From NCBI RefSeq assembly GCF_045124755.1, contig NZ_JBGVMK010000082.1: 64,000 nt of DNA. One strand, written 5' to 3'. The stretch's first letter is position 1. Every line of letters begins with the position of its first letter. The DNA comes from Succinimonas sp. Lineage in GTDB: Bacteria; Pseudomonadota; Gammaproteobacteria; Enterobacterales; Succinivibrionaceae. Shown one piece after another: positions 10,822 to 20,448 of the stretch. The notes beneath the pieces were generated by a model, which saw nothing but the letters and a program-made list of their open reading frames with translations, made no database searches and had not been told where the DNA came from. The position numbers and the translations under genes were made by a program.

Positions 10822-11385
10822 ATGACAACTGCCCTTATCATCCTTGCTGACGGAGCCGAAGAGCTGGAAACAATTTCCGTATCAGATATTCTCTCCCGCG
10901 GCGGAGTTCAGGTAACCCTGGCCGCCCTTTCAAACAAAAACAGCACTGAAATTACCTGCGCCCACGGTACTGTAATAAAGGCTCCCTGCCTGCTCTCTTC
11001 TGTAAAAGATCAGGAATTCGATGCTGTAGTGGTTCCCGGCGGCTATCAGGGATCCCTCAACTGTCAGAAATCTGCACTCGTAAAAGAAATTCTTCAAAAA
11101 CAGCAAAGTTCCGGAAAACTAATTGCCGCAATCTGCGCTGCTCCCGGACTGGTACTGGCCCATCAGGGTATTATCACTGATGAAGAAGCTACCGGATACC
11201 CCGGAACTACCGAGGGCATCAAAAATCTTAACATTACTGCCGGCGTGGTAACTGACAAGGAACATCATCTGATTACCGCTCAGGGGCCGGCTTATGCCGC
11301 CGACTTCGGTTCTGCGGTGCTTACGGTACTAAAGAACGCTGATGTTACAAAGAAAGTCAGGGAAGGAATGTTATTTAACAATTAA
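10822..11385 (+). CDS. yajL: DJ-1/PfpI family protein (YajL/ThiJ-like deglycase)
   Basis: ALIILADGAEELE...VVVPGG...AAICAAP (nucleophile-elbow Cys). Length is 187 aa. Synteny with panE. Confidence 0.8.
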   Translation: MTTALIILADGAEELETISVSDILSRGGVQVTLAALSNKNSTEITCAHGTVIKAPCLLSSVKDQEFDAVVVPGGYQGSLNCQKSALVKEILQKQQSSGKLIAAICAAPGLVLAHQGIITDEEATGYPGTTEGIKNLNITAGVVTDKEHHLITAQGPAYAADFGSAVLTVLKNADVTKKVREGMLFNN

Positions 11386-11924
11386 CAGAAAATAAATGAG
11401 TGCAGTACAAAAGCTCGATTTCGTACAAAGTGCATATTTAGATTTTTTCCACCTTCATAGATATGATTTGGATTTTAGTATGAGCAACCAGCAGCAGATT
11501 ATTGCTGTTGATTACTCCTTAATGAATTCTGTCTAGGCAGTACGCTCATATCCAGACATATTTTTGTATCAATGTACCTCCCAATAATTATGGCTACAAT
11601 GCATTTCTTTATCTGAGAGCTGAACTTGAATAGGTGCAGCAGTTATGTACTTTATTAAATAATCTTAAAATATATTAAGGACAGCATTCTTTAAAATTTG
11701 GTGTCTATGATAGAGATGCCAATATTTTATGTTCTGAATATTCCGGATAATTCTGAAAATAACTACAAAAATTTTCGTTTCTTTGGGCAATTTTTACCGT
11801 AATCTGACTTTCTGCATATACACCGGAGTTCACGCCAAAACCCATGATGTTGCAGTAAGTATCAGTGAAATCAGTCTGCATACAAAGCTGTTTAACCAAT
11901 AACATACTGATAAAGAGTGTTTTA

Positions 11925-12326
11925 ATGTACAAAATTGTAAATTTTACTGAGCATGGAGACGAGAGAGGTCAACTAATTGCTCTTGAGTCCCAAATAGATT
12001 TTCCTTTTTCTGTCAAACGTGTTTACTACGTATATGGTTCATCTCCTGATGTTGTTCGCGGGAGACATGCTCATCATAACCTTTCTCAGATGCTGGTATG
12101 TGTCAGCGGCAGTTGCGACTTTACCTTGGATGACGGTTTTGAGAGAGCTGTGATTCATATGGATTCACCTACAAAAGGCCTTTTGATTACAGGGGTGGTA
12201 TGGCGGGAGTTCACCAACTTTTCCAAGGATTGTGTGGTAGTTGTAATGGCTTCTGAGCATTATGATTCTTCTGATTATATCTTTGACTATGAAGAATTTT
12301 TACAGATAGCGAGATCTCAAAAATGA
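11925..12326 (+). CDS. dTDP-4-dehydro-6-deoxyglucose 3,4-ketoisomerase (FdtA/QdtA, WxcM-like cupin)
   Basis: F.EHGDERG.L.ALE....PF..KRVYY.YG......RG.HAH..L.Q.LVC.SGSC is typical of FdtA/QdtA. The start is set at MYKIVNF (11925). It overlaps the following aminotransferase by 4 nt. Confidence 0.8.
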   Translation: MYKIVNFTEHGDERGQLIALESQIDFPFSVKRVYYVYGSSPDVVRGRHAHHNLSQMLVCVSGSCDFTLDDGFERAVIHMDSPTKGLLITGVVWREFTNFSKDCVVVVMASEHYDSSDYIFDYEEFLQIARSQK

Positions 12327-13408
12327 TTCCATTCCTTGACTTGAAGAAAGTTAATAATCGTTTTGAACCAGAGTTTAAATCAAGACTGGAGAATGTTTTG
12401 TCATCTGGTCGGTACCTGTATGGCGATTTTTATAATTCTTTTTGCAAGAATTTTGCCAGCTACTGCGGGGTTCGGTATGCGCTGGGAGTTGCCAATGGTC
12501 TTGATGCATTAAGGATTATTATCAAGGCCTACGGTTTTGGGTCCGGGGATGAGATCATTGTTCCCGCTAATACCTTTATTGCCACAGTTCTAGCGGTTTC
12601 AGACAACGGATGCAAGCCGGTGTTTGTGGAACCGGATATCAATACCTACCTGATTGATCCAGATCTTATTGAAGAGAAGATTACTCCCAGAACCAAAGCA
12701 ATAATGGCAGTTCATCTTTACGGTCAGGCAGTGGCTGTAGAAAAAATCCGCCAAATTGCGAACCATCATAATCTTAAGATTATTGAGGATGCCGCGCAGG
12801 CTCATGGTGCTATCTATGGAGGGGGCCGTACCGGTTCTCTGGGAGATGCTGCAGGTTTTTCCTTTTACCCGGGGAAGAATCTTGGAGCCTTAGGCGATGG
12901 CGGTGCCATAACCACCAACGATCCGGAGCTTTTTGAAAAATGCCGGGCGATTGCCAATTATGGTTCGGATTACAAATATCATCACATCTATAAGGGGGTT
13001 AATTCAAGACTTGACGAAATTCAGGCTGCTTTTCTGGATATCAAGCTTCCTCTGCTTGACGATGATAATCAGCGACGCCGCGAGATCTCGGCCTGCTACC
13101 GGCAAAATATTAAAAACAGCAAGATTATTCTTCCGGAGACTGCTGAGGAGCTTTCTCACGTCTGGCATCTCTTTGTCATCAGAACTGCTGATCGCGAGAG
13201 CCTTGTTAAGTATTTGGCCGATAAGGGAATTCAGGTTTTGATTCACTATCCGGTACCGCCCCACAAGCAGCTGGCATATTCTGAATATGCTGATTATTCG
13301 TTACCCATTACAGAAAAGATTCACCGAGAGGTTTTAAGTCTACCCATGAGTCCGGTTTTGGACGAAGTAAAAATCGCCTCAGTGATCGATGCATTGAACA
13401 GTTACTAA
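12323..13408 (+). CDS. DegT/DnrJ/EryC1/StrS family PLP aminotransferase (FdtB/QdtB-like dTDP-3-keto-6-deoxyhexose 3-aminotransferase)
   Basis: The family fold is recognisable: IPFLDLK...[14 protein letters not shown]...ED.AQAHGA...GD...[16 protein letters not shown]... Confidence 0.85.
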   Translation: MIPFLDLKKVNNRFEPEFKSRLENVLSSGRYLYGDFYNSFCKNFASYCGVRYALGVANGLDALRIIIKAYGFGSGDEIIVPANTFIATVLAVSDNGCKPVFVEPDINTYLIDPDLIEEKITPRTKAIMAVHLYGQAVAVEKIRQIANHHNLKIIEDAAQAHGAIYGGGRTGSLGDAAGFSFYPGKNLGALGDGGAITTNDPELFEKCRAIANYGSDYKYHHIYKGVNSRLDEIQAAFLDIKLPLLDDDNQRRREISACYRQNIKNSKIILPETAEELSHVWHLFVIRTADRESLVKYLADKGIQVLIHYPVPPHKQLAYSEYADYSLPITEKIHREVLSLPMSPVLDEVKIASVIDALNSY

Positions 13409-13515
13409 CAGTTGGTTGGTGGCAAAATTCGATCGGGTTTAGAGAACGAATGTGGCACATATAGGTTTGTTTGTTCGAGGAACGGAAATTCCCGGATAAC
13501 ACACCGCACGAAATT

Positions 13516-14118
13516 TTATCGATATTCCCAGTATTCAATAATATTTTCAAAAATACATTTTTTCATTTCATAGTCAGCCGGACTTAACAAATAGTATTTA
13601 TAATCCACTCCACCAATTTGAGTATTTTTGATATACCGAAAGCCTAGTTTCTTAGTCAAATTGTTCATAATTTTGTTATCAACTCTATTCTCATTAATAA
13701 CGTTTCCTATTCTTAAAACATTAAATGAAAAATCCAAACTAAGAAGTTCAACTTCAATGGCATATGGTCCGATCGAGGAATATTCTTCATCGAGCATTAA
13801 GCTACCTTGTATACAAGTATCAGTCTGTTCATCAATATTATAAATTCGAATAGTCCCTATAAAACAATTATCTTTAGTATATACACACCAATAAATATCA
13901 TCAAACTTCTTGAGATAGCTTTCATACCATTTTGCCTGACTGTAAGGAGTAATAATAAATGTTTGATTTAAAAAGTAACGATTCTTCTCCTTGTTTCGAA
14001 TTTCTATTACATGATCCGAATGTGCCATAGTAAAAGGAACCAAATCGACTAACTTACCTTCTATTGTTATTTTTCTGTACTTTTGAACAATATTGGCTAT
14101 TTTATTATTAAATTTCAT
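13516..14118 (-). CDS. GNAT family N-acyltransferase
   Basis: RimJ/L-like GNAT layout (LVPFT..H...I..IRN.......FL...). It is the last gene of the FkbH-ACP-MaoC-SDR operon. The start at MKFNNK (14118) overlaps the SDR stop by 11 nt. Confidence 0.65.
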   Translation of the reverse strand: MKFNNKIANIVQKYRKITIEGKLVDLVPFTMAHSDHVIEIRNKEKNRYFLNQTFIITPYSQAKWYESYLKKFDDIYWCVYTKDNCFIGTIRIYNIDEQTDTCIQGSLMLDEEYSSIGPYAIEVELLSLDFSFNVLRIGNVINENRVDNKIMNNLTKKLGFRYIKNTQIGGVDYKYYLLSPADYEMKKCIFENIIEYWEYR

Positions 14119-14842
14119 TACTAGTTCCTGAAAATAATACATTCTCACCATTCATATTATCACTGTGCACAGAAAGTAATTTCCACAACGACAACGCAAC
14201 ATCTTGCGGTGCAAGGATATTATCTAAAGCTCCACAAAAATCTAACATTCTCCTGTCTATCTCACTAAGAAGTTTAGTATCAATCATTGATGGAGATAAA
14301 GCATTAATATTAACATTTTTACCTGCATACTCTACAACTAAAGATTTCATTAATCCCAACAGCATATACTTAGACATGGTATATTTTGTGGTAAACTTAG
14401 CTGGTGGGTTAATGGTATTCTCTGAAAGCATAAAAACAATTTTTGCTCTTTGATCCATCTTGGAAATACGAGGTAGAAAGAATTGTAACAATTGAAATAT
14501 AGACCTCACTTGGATATTAACATCAGAAATACAATCTTCCCAATCAAGTTCTTTGAATTTTACATAGAGCAACTTAGGAGCTGGTAAATGTACAATCGAC
14601 AATGGTAATCTCTGTGAATCATTGATTTTTAAGCAAAGCTTCTTTACGTCATTAAGATCAGAGAAATTTGCTGCAATGGGAATGATTGAATTTCCATTTC
14701 TTTCTGCTATACTTCTTATTAACTTACTATTAGAACAGTAATGTGCCCAAATAGTTGAAGTTTCTTCATTATTATTGATTTCCTTTATGAGTTCTATGCC
14801 GACATCAGAGGAAGCTCCCAATATTAAGTAATTTCTACTCAT
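14108..14842 (-). CDS. SDR family oxidoreductase (ketoreductase-like)
   Basis: Gly-rich LILGASSDVG dinucleotide motif and catalytic YxxxK (YTMSK). The start at MSRNYL (14842) overlaps the MaoC stop. Confidence 0.8.
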   Translation of the reverse strand: MSRNYLILGASSDVGIELIKEINNNEETSTIWAHYCSNSKLIRSIAERNGNSIIPIAANFSDLNDVKKLCLKINDSQRLPLSIVHLPAPKLLYVKFKELDWEDCISDVNIQVRSIFQLLQFFLPRISKMDQRAKIVFMLSENTINPPAKFTTKYTMSKYMLLGLMKSLVVEYAGKNVNINALSPSMIDTKLLSEIDRRMLDFCGALDNILAPQDVALSLWKLLSVHSDNMNGENVLFSGTSNEI

Positions 14843-15251
14843 AGAAGCCCACCAATATATTTGCTTTCGACACAACTTTTCCTAATTGATTTTGTATGTT
14901 TGCACTTATAGTTGCTTGTATGAATCTATCATCTTTTTCCTTTACTCGTCCCGTGACAATTAATATATCTCCAATGTAAACAGGTCTTTGGAAAAATATT
15001 TCTATAGATTTCATTATACAGTACTGTCCAGGTAAATACATCCCTACCAATCTCGAATAGAACGATGATGTTAGCAAACCATATACTAACCTACCATTAT
15101 GCCCGTGATTTCGCGCATAGTCTTCTTTCATGTGCAATGGATTTTCATCACCTGATATATCATGAAACATACTCATCATAGTTTCTGTTATTTCAATAGA
15201 GAAGGAAGCGTTTGTACCGATATCGCAGTTATTAAAGTGATAATCATTCAC
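14835..15251 (-). CDS. MaoC-like (R)-specific hydratase/dehydratase, hot-dog fold
   Basis: F..ISGD.NPLH.....A........R.VYG.L is a MaoC dehydratase motif. Length is 138 aa. Confidence 0.8.
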   Translation of the reverse strand: MNDYHFNNCDIGTNASFSIEITETMMSMFHDISGDENPLHMKEDYARNHGHNGRLVYGLLTSSFYSRLVGMYLPGQYCIMKSIEIFFQRPVYIGDILIVTGRVKEKDDRFIQATISANIQNQLGKVVSKANILVGFYE

Positions 15252-15485
15252 TTATATTTTATCCTTTATAATATCAATGAACTCACCAACATTAGCAGCT
15301 TTTTTAATTTCAGCAGTCGTAAACTTAATTCCAAACTTCTTTTCAATCTCTACAATTAATTGCATATGTGTCAAAGAATCCCAATCGTCAATGTCGTCAG
15401 CTGTTGTATCTGAAGTGATAATCAAATCTTGATTATCAAAAATTTTCCTAAAAATCATTTGAAGTTGATTAATAATTTCCTTCAT
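15252..15485 (-). CDS. Acyl carrier protein
   Basis: 77 aa with the DSL phosphopantetheine attachment motif (IDDWDSLTHMQLIVEIE). Confidence 0.85.
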   Translation of the reverse strand: MKEIINQLQMIFRKIFDNQDLIITSDTTADDIDDWDSLTHMQLIVEIEKKFGIKFTTAEIKKAANVGEFIDIIKDKI

Positions 15486-17286
15486 GTATTATCTCCCTAA
15501 AATAATAGTTTTGTTTATATTCAGCAATACGTTCTAGCGGTAGAATATATTGTTTACAATCCAAAGCATCCGTTATTAAGTCAAAGTTCAAAAATTCATA
15601 AAGATTTCTAACCATTTCATTTTTATTTGTTTGACGATATTCACCTAACACCGCAGAACATCCATGATTTCTGGCTATGTCTACAATTCTCTCTATCGTA
15701 TAATTTTCAACACGCTTTTTTAATACTCTGCAACTCATGACCCAATTTTCTATAAAACAAGTATCACCCGTAAAGTGAAGAATTATACATCCTATTATAC
15801 CATATTTACAAAAACGATCTTCCAATTTTACGGAAAGTAGTGCATATCGTTGATCATCTAGAAGAGCAATAATCTCAGCTTCTGAATACCTCTTTGTTCT
15901 AAGATTAAACTGATTTGACTTGTTTGTTAACTGAACAAATCTCTCAATATCTGTTTCAGTTAGTTGCTTGCACTCAATAACCATTTTCAGGTTAATTAGA
16001 TAATCATCATAATCAACACAGGATGCCATCAAAGCATTTCTCTCTTTGTTATTAGCGTATGTTTCTGTTCTCCCAAGATCTTCATTTGTTAACTGTGTCC
16101 ATTCAAAAGCATGTGCTTGATCTAACGCACGCGTATATAAGGCTGGATCTTCAGGAACATCGATAACTCTGACTTCAGGTAGAAATTCCCTTATCAATTC
16201 TCTCTCTGTTGGGTTATCATCAAAGAAAACCATGCTATCTGTTCCGATATTCAATTCATTTGATATCTTCTTAATATTAGTAGCTTTATCGTTCCAATTC
16301 GCAAAAAAAGAGGAGATATCCGATAGTTTCAAAATCATATTCTCATTTTTTTCAAATGGTTCCTTTGCTATATCCTCATCATTTTTACTACAGATACAGA
16401 GAATCACTCCTCTTTTTTTCAACTCAAGAACATACCTCTGAAATGCAAGAAATGCTTCCCCCTCCGCATCATTCGGATCTAAGAGAATACCATCATACCC
16501 TAAGTCTCCAACAACCCCTCCCCAAAGTGTATTATCTAAGTCTAGCACCAAGCACTTCTTGGGTTTGCCCGAGAATGCCTCAAATTGACGGGCTATTAAA
16601 TCACAATAAAAACCTATGTATTGCAGATTAAAACTCGACTTATTCAAGAAATACGAACATTCATCTACAAAGTCTCGTTTACCGATATATTCTGATAGTG
16701 CATCAACATCCAAAACAAAAACAAACGGAGGATGCCTCTTCGTAAGTGTATAATTCAGTTGCCTATAGAAGGATCTCTTTGAAAAAATATAATTTGAAGA
16801 TAAGTTACCTAACGCTTCAAAAATTGGTGACACGAAATTTGCAATTAATAACTGAGTTTGTGGAATATTTTTGTGGATTATATCAAACATCCGTGCATAT
16901 TGGTCATATGCATTATCGACAGCACTTTGAACTTCACTCTCTTCTGAAAGCATTTCCGGACAAAAAACTTCTACATCTCTATAATCTGGAAGTATAACTA
17001 TATATTCAGGAGAAAAAGTATAGAGTTTTGATTTTTCATCAAATACATCCATAAATATCCCATTATATTCTCCTTCATAAATATCTGCATAGATATCATA
17101 GCGTGTTAATAGAGCACGAAATACAGAAGTAACAAGCTGGATACTTGCACTCCCAACAATTGCTATCTTAATAATGGTTGCTTCATTGTCTTGTATTTTT
17201 TTCCATTTTCTTCCAATATTCAATAACGCAGAAAAATCATCTATTTTTATTTCATGTACTGCCTTTTTATATTCGCGAAAGAGCAT
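15469..17286 (-). CDS. FkbH-like protein (HAD-IIIC phosphatase domain plus C-terminal GNAT-like fold)
   Basis: HAD motif I in the context CLVLDLDNTLWGGVVGD, then ...ICSKN.E..A...F is typical of TIGR01686/FkbH-like proteins. The stop overlaps the ACP start by 17 nt. Confidence 0.8.
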   Translation of the reverse strand: MLFREYKKAVHEIKIDDFSALLNIGRKWKKIQDNEATIIKIAIVGSASIQLVTSVFRALLTRYDIYADIYEGEYNGIFMDVFDEKSKLYTFSPEYIVILPDYRDVEVFCPEMLSEESEVQSAVDNAYDQYARMFDIIHKNIPQTQLLIANFVSPIFEALGNLSSNYIFSKRSFYRQLNYTLTKRHPPFVFVLDVDALSEYIGKRDFVDECSYFLNKSSFNLQYIGFYCDLIARQFEAFSGKPKKCLVLDLDNTLWGGVVGDLGYDGILLDPNDAEGEAFLAFQRYVLELKKRGVILCICSKNDEDIAKEPFEKNENMILKLSDISSFFANWNDKATNIKKISNELNIGTDSMVFFDDNPTERELIREFLPEVRVIDVPEDPALYTRALDQAHAFEWTQLTNEDLGRTETYANNKERNALMASCVDYDDYLINLKMVIECKQLTETDIERFVQLTNKSNQFNLRTKRYSEAEIIALLDDQRYALLSVKLEDRFCKYGIIGCIILHFTGDTCFIENWVMSCRVLKKRVENYTIERIVDIARNHGCSAVLGEYRQTNKNEMVRNLYEFLNFDLITDALDCKQYILPLERIAEYKQNYYFREIIHEGNY

Positions 17287-17370
17287 TATTTTAACCTATA
17301 TTTCATTTTTTGATTAGAGATCGAAAATTTATAGCAATTTATATGACTAGCTCTAATAACAAATTATAAC

Positions 17371-19100
17371 GTAACTTCCCTGCGATTTTCAAGCATACCT
17401 GATTGAATCCGGTATCCTTTTATGTTAGGTATAAAGTCGGCACTTTAGCCTTCTTAAAATTCTATGGCACTGCCTGCTCAAAATAGCATTTCTTCAGACA
17501 GCGATTCAGCTTTCATTTCGTCCTGTGAACACCATTCATACCTGAAATTCAAGGTAATCTTCCAGGTCAATTCCATGGACTTTGCAGTTTCATGAAATGA
17601 TGAGAACACAGCAGTGACTTCGCTCCCTCAACAGAGCCAAATCCGCTGGGCATTGAATGTCTCAGCACGGCAAAGTCACGGATAGCCCTCTCGGCGGCCG
17701 AGTTATCAAGAGGAGTAGCACCGTCCTCCAGGATTCTGGTGAATTTTTCCCACTGATTGTGGGAGTATTTCACTGCTTTGATGAATTTGGCCGTATATAT
17801 CACCCTTGGGGGACTCGCTTTCTGAAATGATTTTGAAATGTTTTTCTGTCAGATGCCTTATTTCTTCAAAACACCGCCTGAAATCATCGCTTTGTCGCAG
17901 TTTCGTTCGTTCCTCAATGGTGCTGCACTCACCGTCCCTGCGAAATACTTCACTGATAAGCTCAAACCTGAAACCAGGTATTCTTCGCTCTCTTTATCTA
18001 TGTGGTTCTGGTGAGCGTCGTAGATATCGAAGAAATATCGTCGGAGATGAACCATGCAGCCAACCAGCTTCGCCTTATACGAGCCGTCCCTGTTCTTCAG
18101 CCATTCAACGTCATACCATCCGTCAGTGGAGATTACGATTGCATCGCCGTCATCCGATAGCCCGCCCGATAGCCACTCGCCATCGCCAAACTGATCCTTC
18201 ATGATCTTGAACGGAACAGACTGAGATCTGGTGTTTGTATAGCTGTAAAAACAGCCTGTTGTTTCAGATACAAACACCAGCATGTACTGGCGGCTGCCTT
18301 TTTCAGCCTGACAGCTGATGAAGGTCTCATCAAGGTGGAGAACCTTGCTCTTCAGCACGCAGGCCTTCAGATATTCGTATGCCGGGAGGATCCATTCTGC
18401 CGAGAAAGCTGAATACCTTGCCATCTGCTGCCTTGAGACATCAAATCCCAGGCTTTTGCTGATTTCCTGAGCTATTCTGTTCATCGGAATGCGATTCCGC
18501 ATTCTTTCAGCGATTGTCTGAGCCGCAAGGGAAAAGCCAAATACAGTCTTGGGAAGAAAATCCTTTTCCGGATTCATTCCGGCTATCACGGCCGGCGCTT
18601 CATTATTTTGAGCCGGCATTACTTTCCTCATAGACAGGAACGTATGAGAAAACCCTGAAGCTTGTTCTTACCTGTTTAACTTTCTCGGAATCTTTTTTCC
18701 ATCCCTTAATACGTATTTCCTGACGTCCTTTTCAATGATCTGAGCGATTTCTTTTGAGGCATCGTCTCTGTTAGATGCCGCAAGGGCGTTGCCATTGAAA
18801 TCGAAGAACTTTTCTTTCTCGCCATCGCAGCAGTCGGTCTTTGCTGAACAGCTCTGTCTGTTTCTTCGCGGGCTGCTGTTTCTGCTTTTCTTCGACATTA
18901 TGAGAAGCGGTTTCATTCTTATCCTTCTTCTGTTCCTGCCGTCTTGAAACAGGGAGTCTTCATTAATGCGTCAAGATAAACCTCTTTGGAAGACAGGAGC
19001 GTCTTCAGGGTCTTAACGATTTCTTTGCTTTTTGCAAGCTCGGATTCTTTCTTCTTAAGTGCTCCCACGATTTGCTGATCTTGTTCTTCATTCTTCAACT
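17371..19100 (-). mobile_element. IS66-family insertion sequence remnant (boundaries uncertain)
   Basis: Contains the disrupted TnpC-like transposase below. A possible terminal repeat GTAACTTCCCTGCG starts at 17371 (IS66 ends usually begin GTAA). GC looks host-like, unlike the AT-rich flanks. Confidence 0.6.
17567..18916 (-). pseudogene. IS66-family transposase (TnpC-like), inactivated
   Basis: Three ORFs (18668..18916, 17858..18631, 17567..17803) are in the same frame. They are separated by in-frame stops (TAA 18668-70, TAA 17858-60, TGA 17849-51). Family blocks present: VLHLDETFISC, ISTDGW, LVGCMVHLRRYF, NQWEKFTRILEDG..PLDNSAAERAIR. The C-terminal ETAK..GIDLEDYLEF is only readable after frameshifts. 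The leucine-zipper N-terminus (LKKKESELAKSKEIVKTLKTL) lies upstream in another frame, to about 19100. Confidence 0.8.
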
Positions 19101-19360
19101 ATTTTGGTTTGTTTTCTGGTCTGATTTAAATATCTAATATCAGCTCTTTAGCAGTTGCAGCTGATGTTAAATTGTTCGATTAGTGCGTAAAAGGGGCAAA
19201 TTGACATAGCCAGTATTGTGCTGATGAACGGAAGAACTCTATTTGTAATCTTCACTTCAATTGCAATTTCCTTCAACGCATCCTGATTTATGGTGCGTAT
19301 GGTACGAATTCACCAGCACTCTTGTCAAGAATTACCGAAGCCCTAAGATAACGGTTTAAG

Positions 19361-19400
19361 ACCTAATAACTCCTTTGCGGGGCCTAATAACTCCTTTGCC
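19361..19400. repeat. Direct tandem repeat, 2 x about 21 bp (core CCTAATAACTCCTTTGC)
   Basis: The identical 17-mer occurs at 19362-19378 and 19383-19399. Confidence 0.9.
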
Positions 19401-19633
19401 CTAAGTCATCTCCAATTGCTGCTACAATCTTATCAAGTTTAATGACGATTTATTGGAAGGCAGAACGATGAACACTCTTTGAACTTTGGACGGTTAATCT
19501 CCTCAAAATCTCCACAAAATCCGGGGTCAAAAAATCCGGGCAGCAAGTGTCAGATGTGGAGGTGTAATGAACGAACAATCAAATTCACGGCAGCACCTGA
19601 CACAGTCATAGAGGTTGTAATTGAGTGCATTGC

Positions 19634-19680
19634 CGTTATCTTCCTCTGACCATTATCTTCCCGGACATTATCTTCCCGGA
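19634..19680. repeat. Tandem repeat, 15 bp x 2 perfect (CATTATCTTCCCGGA) plus one degenerate copy
   Basis: Perfect copies at 19651-19665 and 19666-19680. The degenerate copy CGTTATCTTCCTCTGA lies at 19634-19649. Confidence 0.9.
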
Positions 19681-19768
19681 ACCGTACAAAGACGGGGCAG
19701 ATATGAGATGCATGCACTGCTCCCTGATATTCTGCTGGAAAGATAGTGACCACGCTTTGAGGTAATTT

Positions 19769-19808
19769 GTGACTCCCCTTCCCGATGAATAGTGATCCCC
19801 TTCCCTGA
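19769..19808. repeat. Direct repeat pair GTGA(C/T)(T)CCCCTTCCC(G/T)GA with 23-bp period
   Basis: GTGACTCCCCTTCCCGA at 19769-19785 and GTGATCCCCTTCCCTGA at 19792-19808. Confidence 0.8.
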
Positions 19809-20448
19809 GAGGATACACCACATTAAATCTATGCAGGCAGGAACGGAGTTAGAGTTCTGAAGAATAATAATTAAGAAGGGAAGACGCCTGGCGGCGCTTC
19901 CTGTTTAATAATTAAAGGGGCATCGGCCCTTTACCCCTAAAACTGCCTTGTATTGCAAAAATTGAAGCGAATGACAATCTCTTAGGCTGGCTTTGCTGGC
20001 AATCTGGTACTTTATGGTACGGTACCACCTATGGTTTACTTAATTCTGAGTACTGTACTTGGTGATCAGGAATTTGAAGAATAAACTGTCATGATTGTGT
20101 GAAAAGGGGTGTCACTAAATTTCCGCGGAAGTAGTTGTCACATAGGGGCATAATTTCCATTCCTGCTTCCTAATTTCAAGTATTAAGCTACAAGTGTTAT
20201 ATCAAAAAGCACTTTTCACCAACAAAACGAATATTATAAAACAGAAAAATCCCTGACCATGTCCACCCACTTGCCATGTTCACCACTTGCCAAGATGATA
20301 AGGTTAATTAGTTTTAATTACTCATTGTATATTTGATATGAAATTAGTATAATGCTTGAAATGTCACAAGTTTGCAGTAATCAACCAAATTTCAGAAGGC
20401 CATTAACGACAACGATTTCTTATTTCAGTATCCGAGGCTCATGTACAG

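Noticed and set aside
11705-11932. A 75-aa minus-strand ORF in the island leader, and a 49-aa plus-strand ORF starting at 11397.
   Set aside because: They have no recognisable motif, lie in an AT-rich leader, and the first overlaps the fdtA-like start. This is insufficient evidence for a gene.
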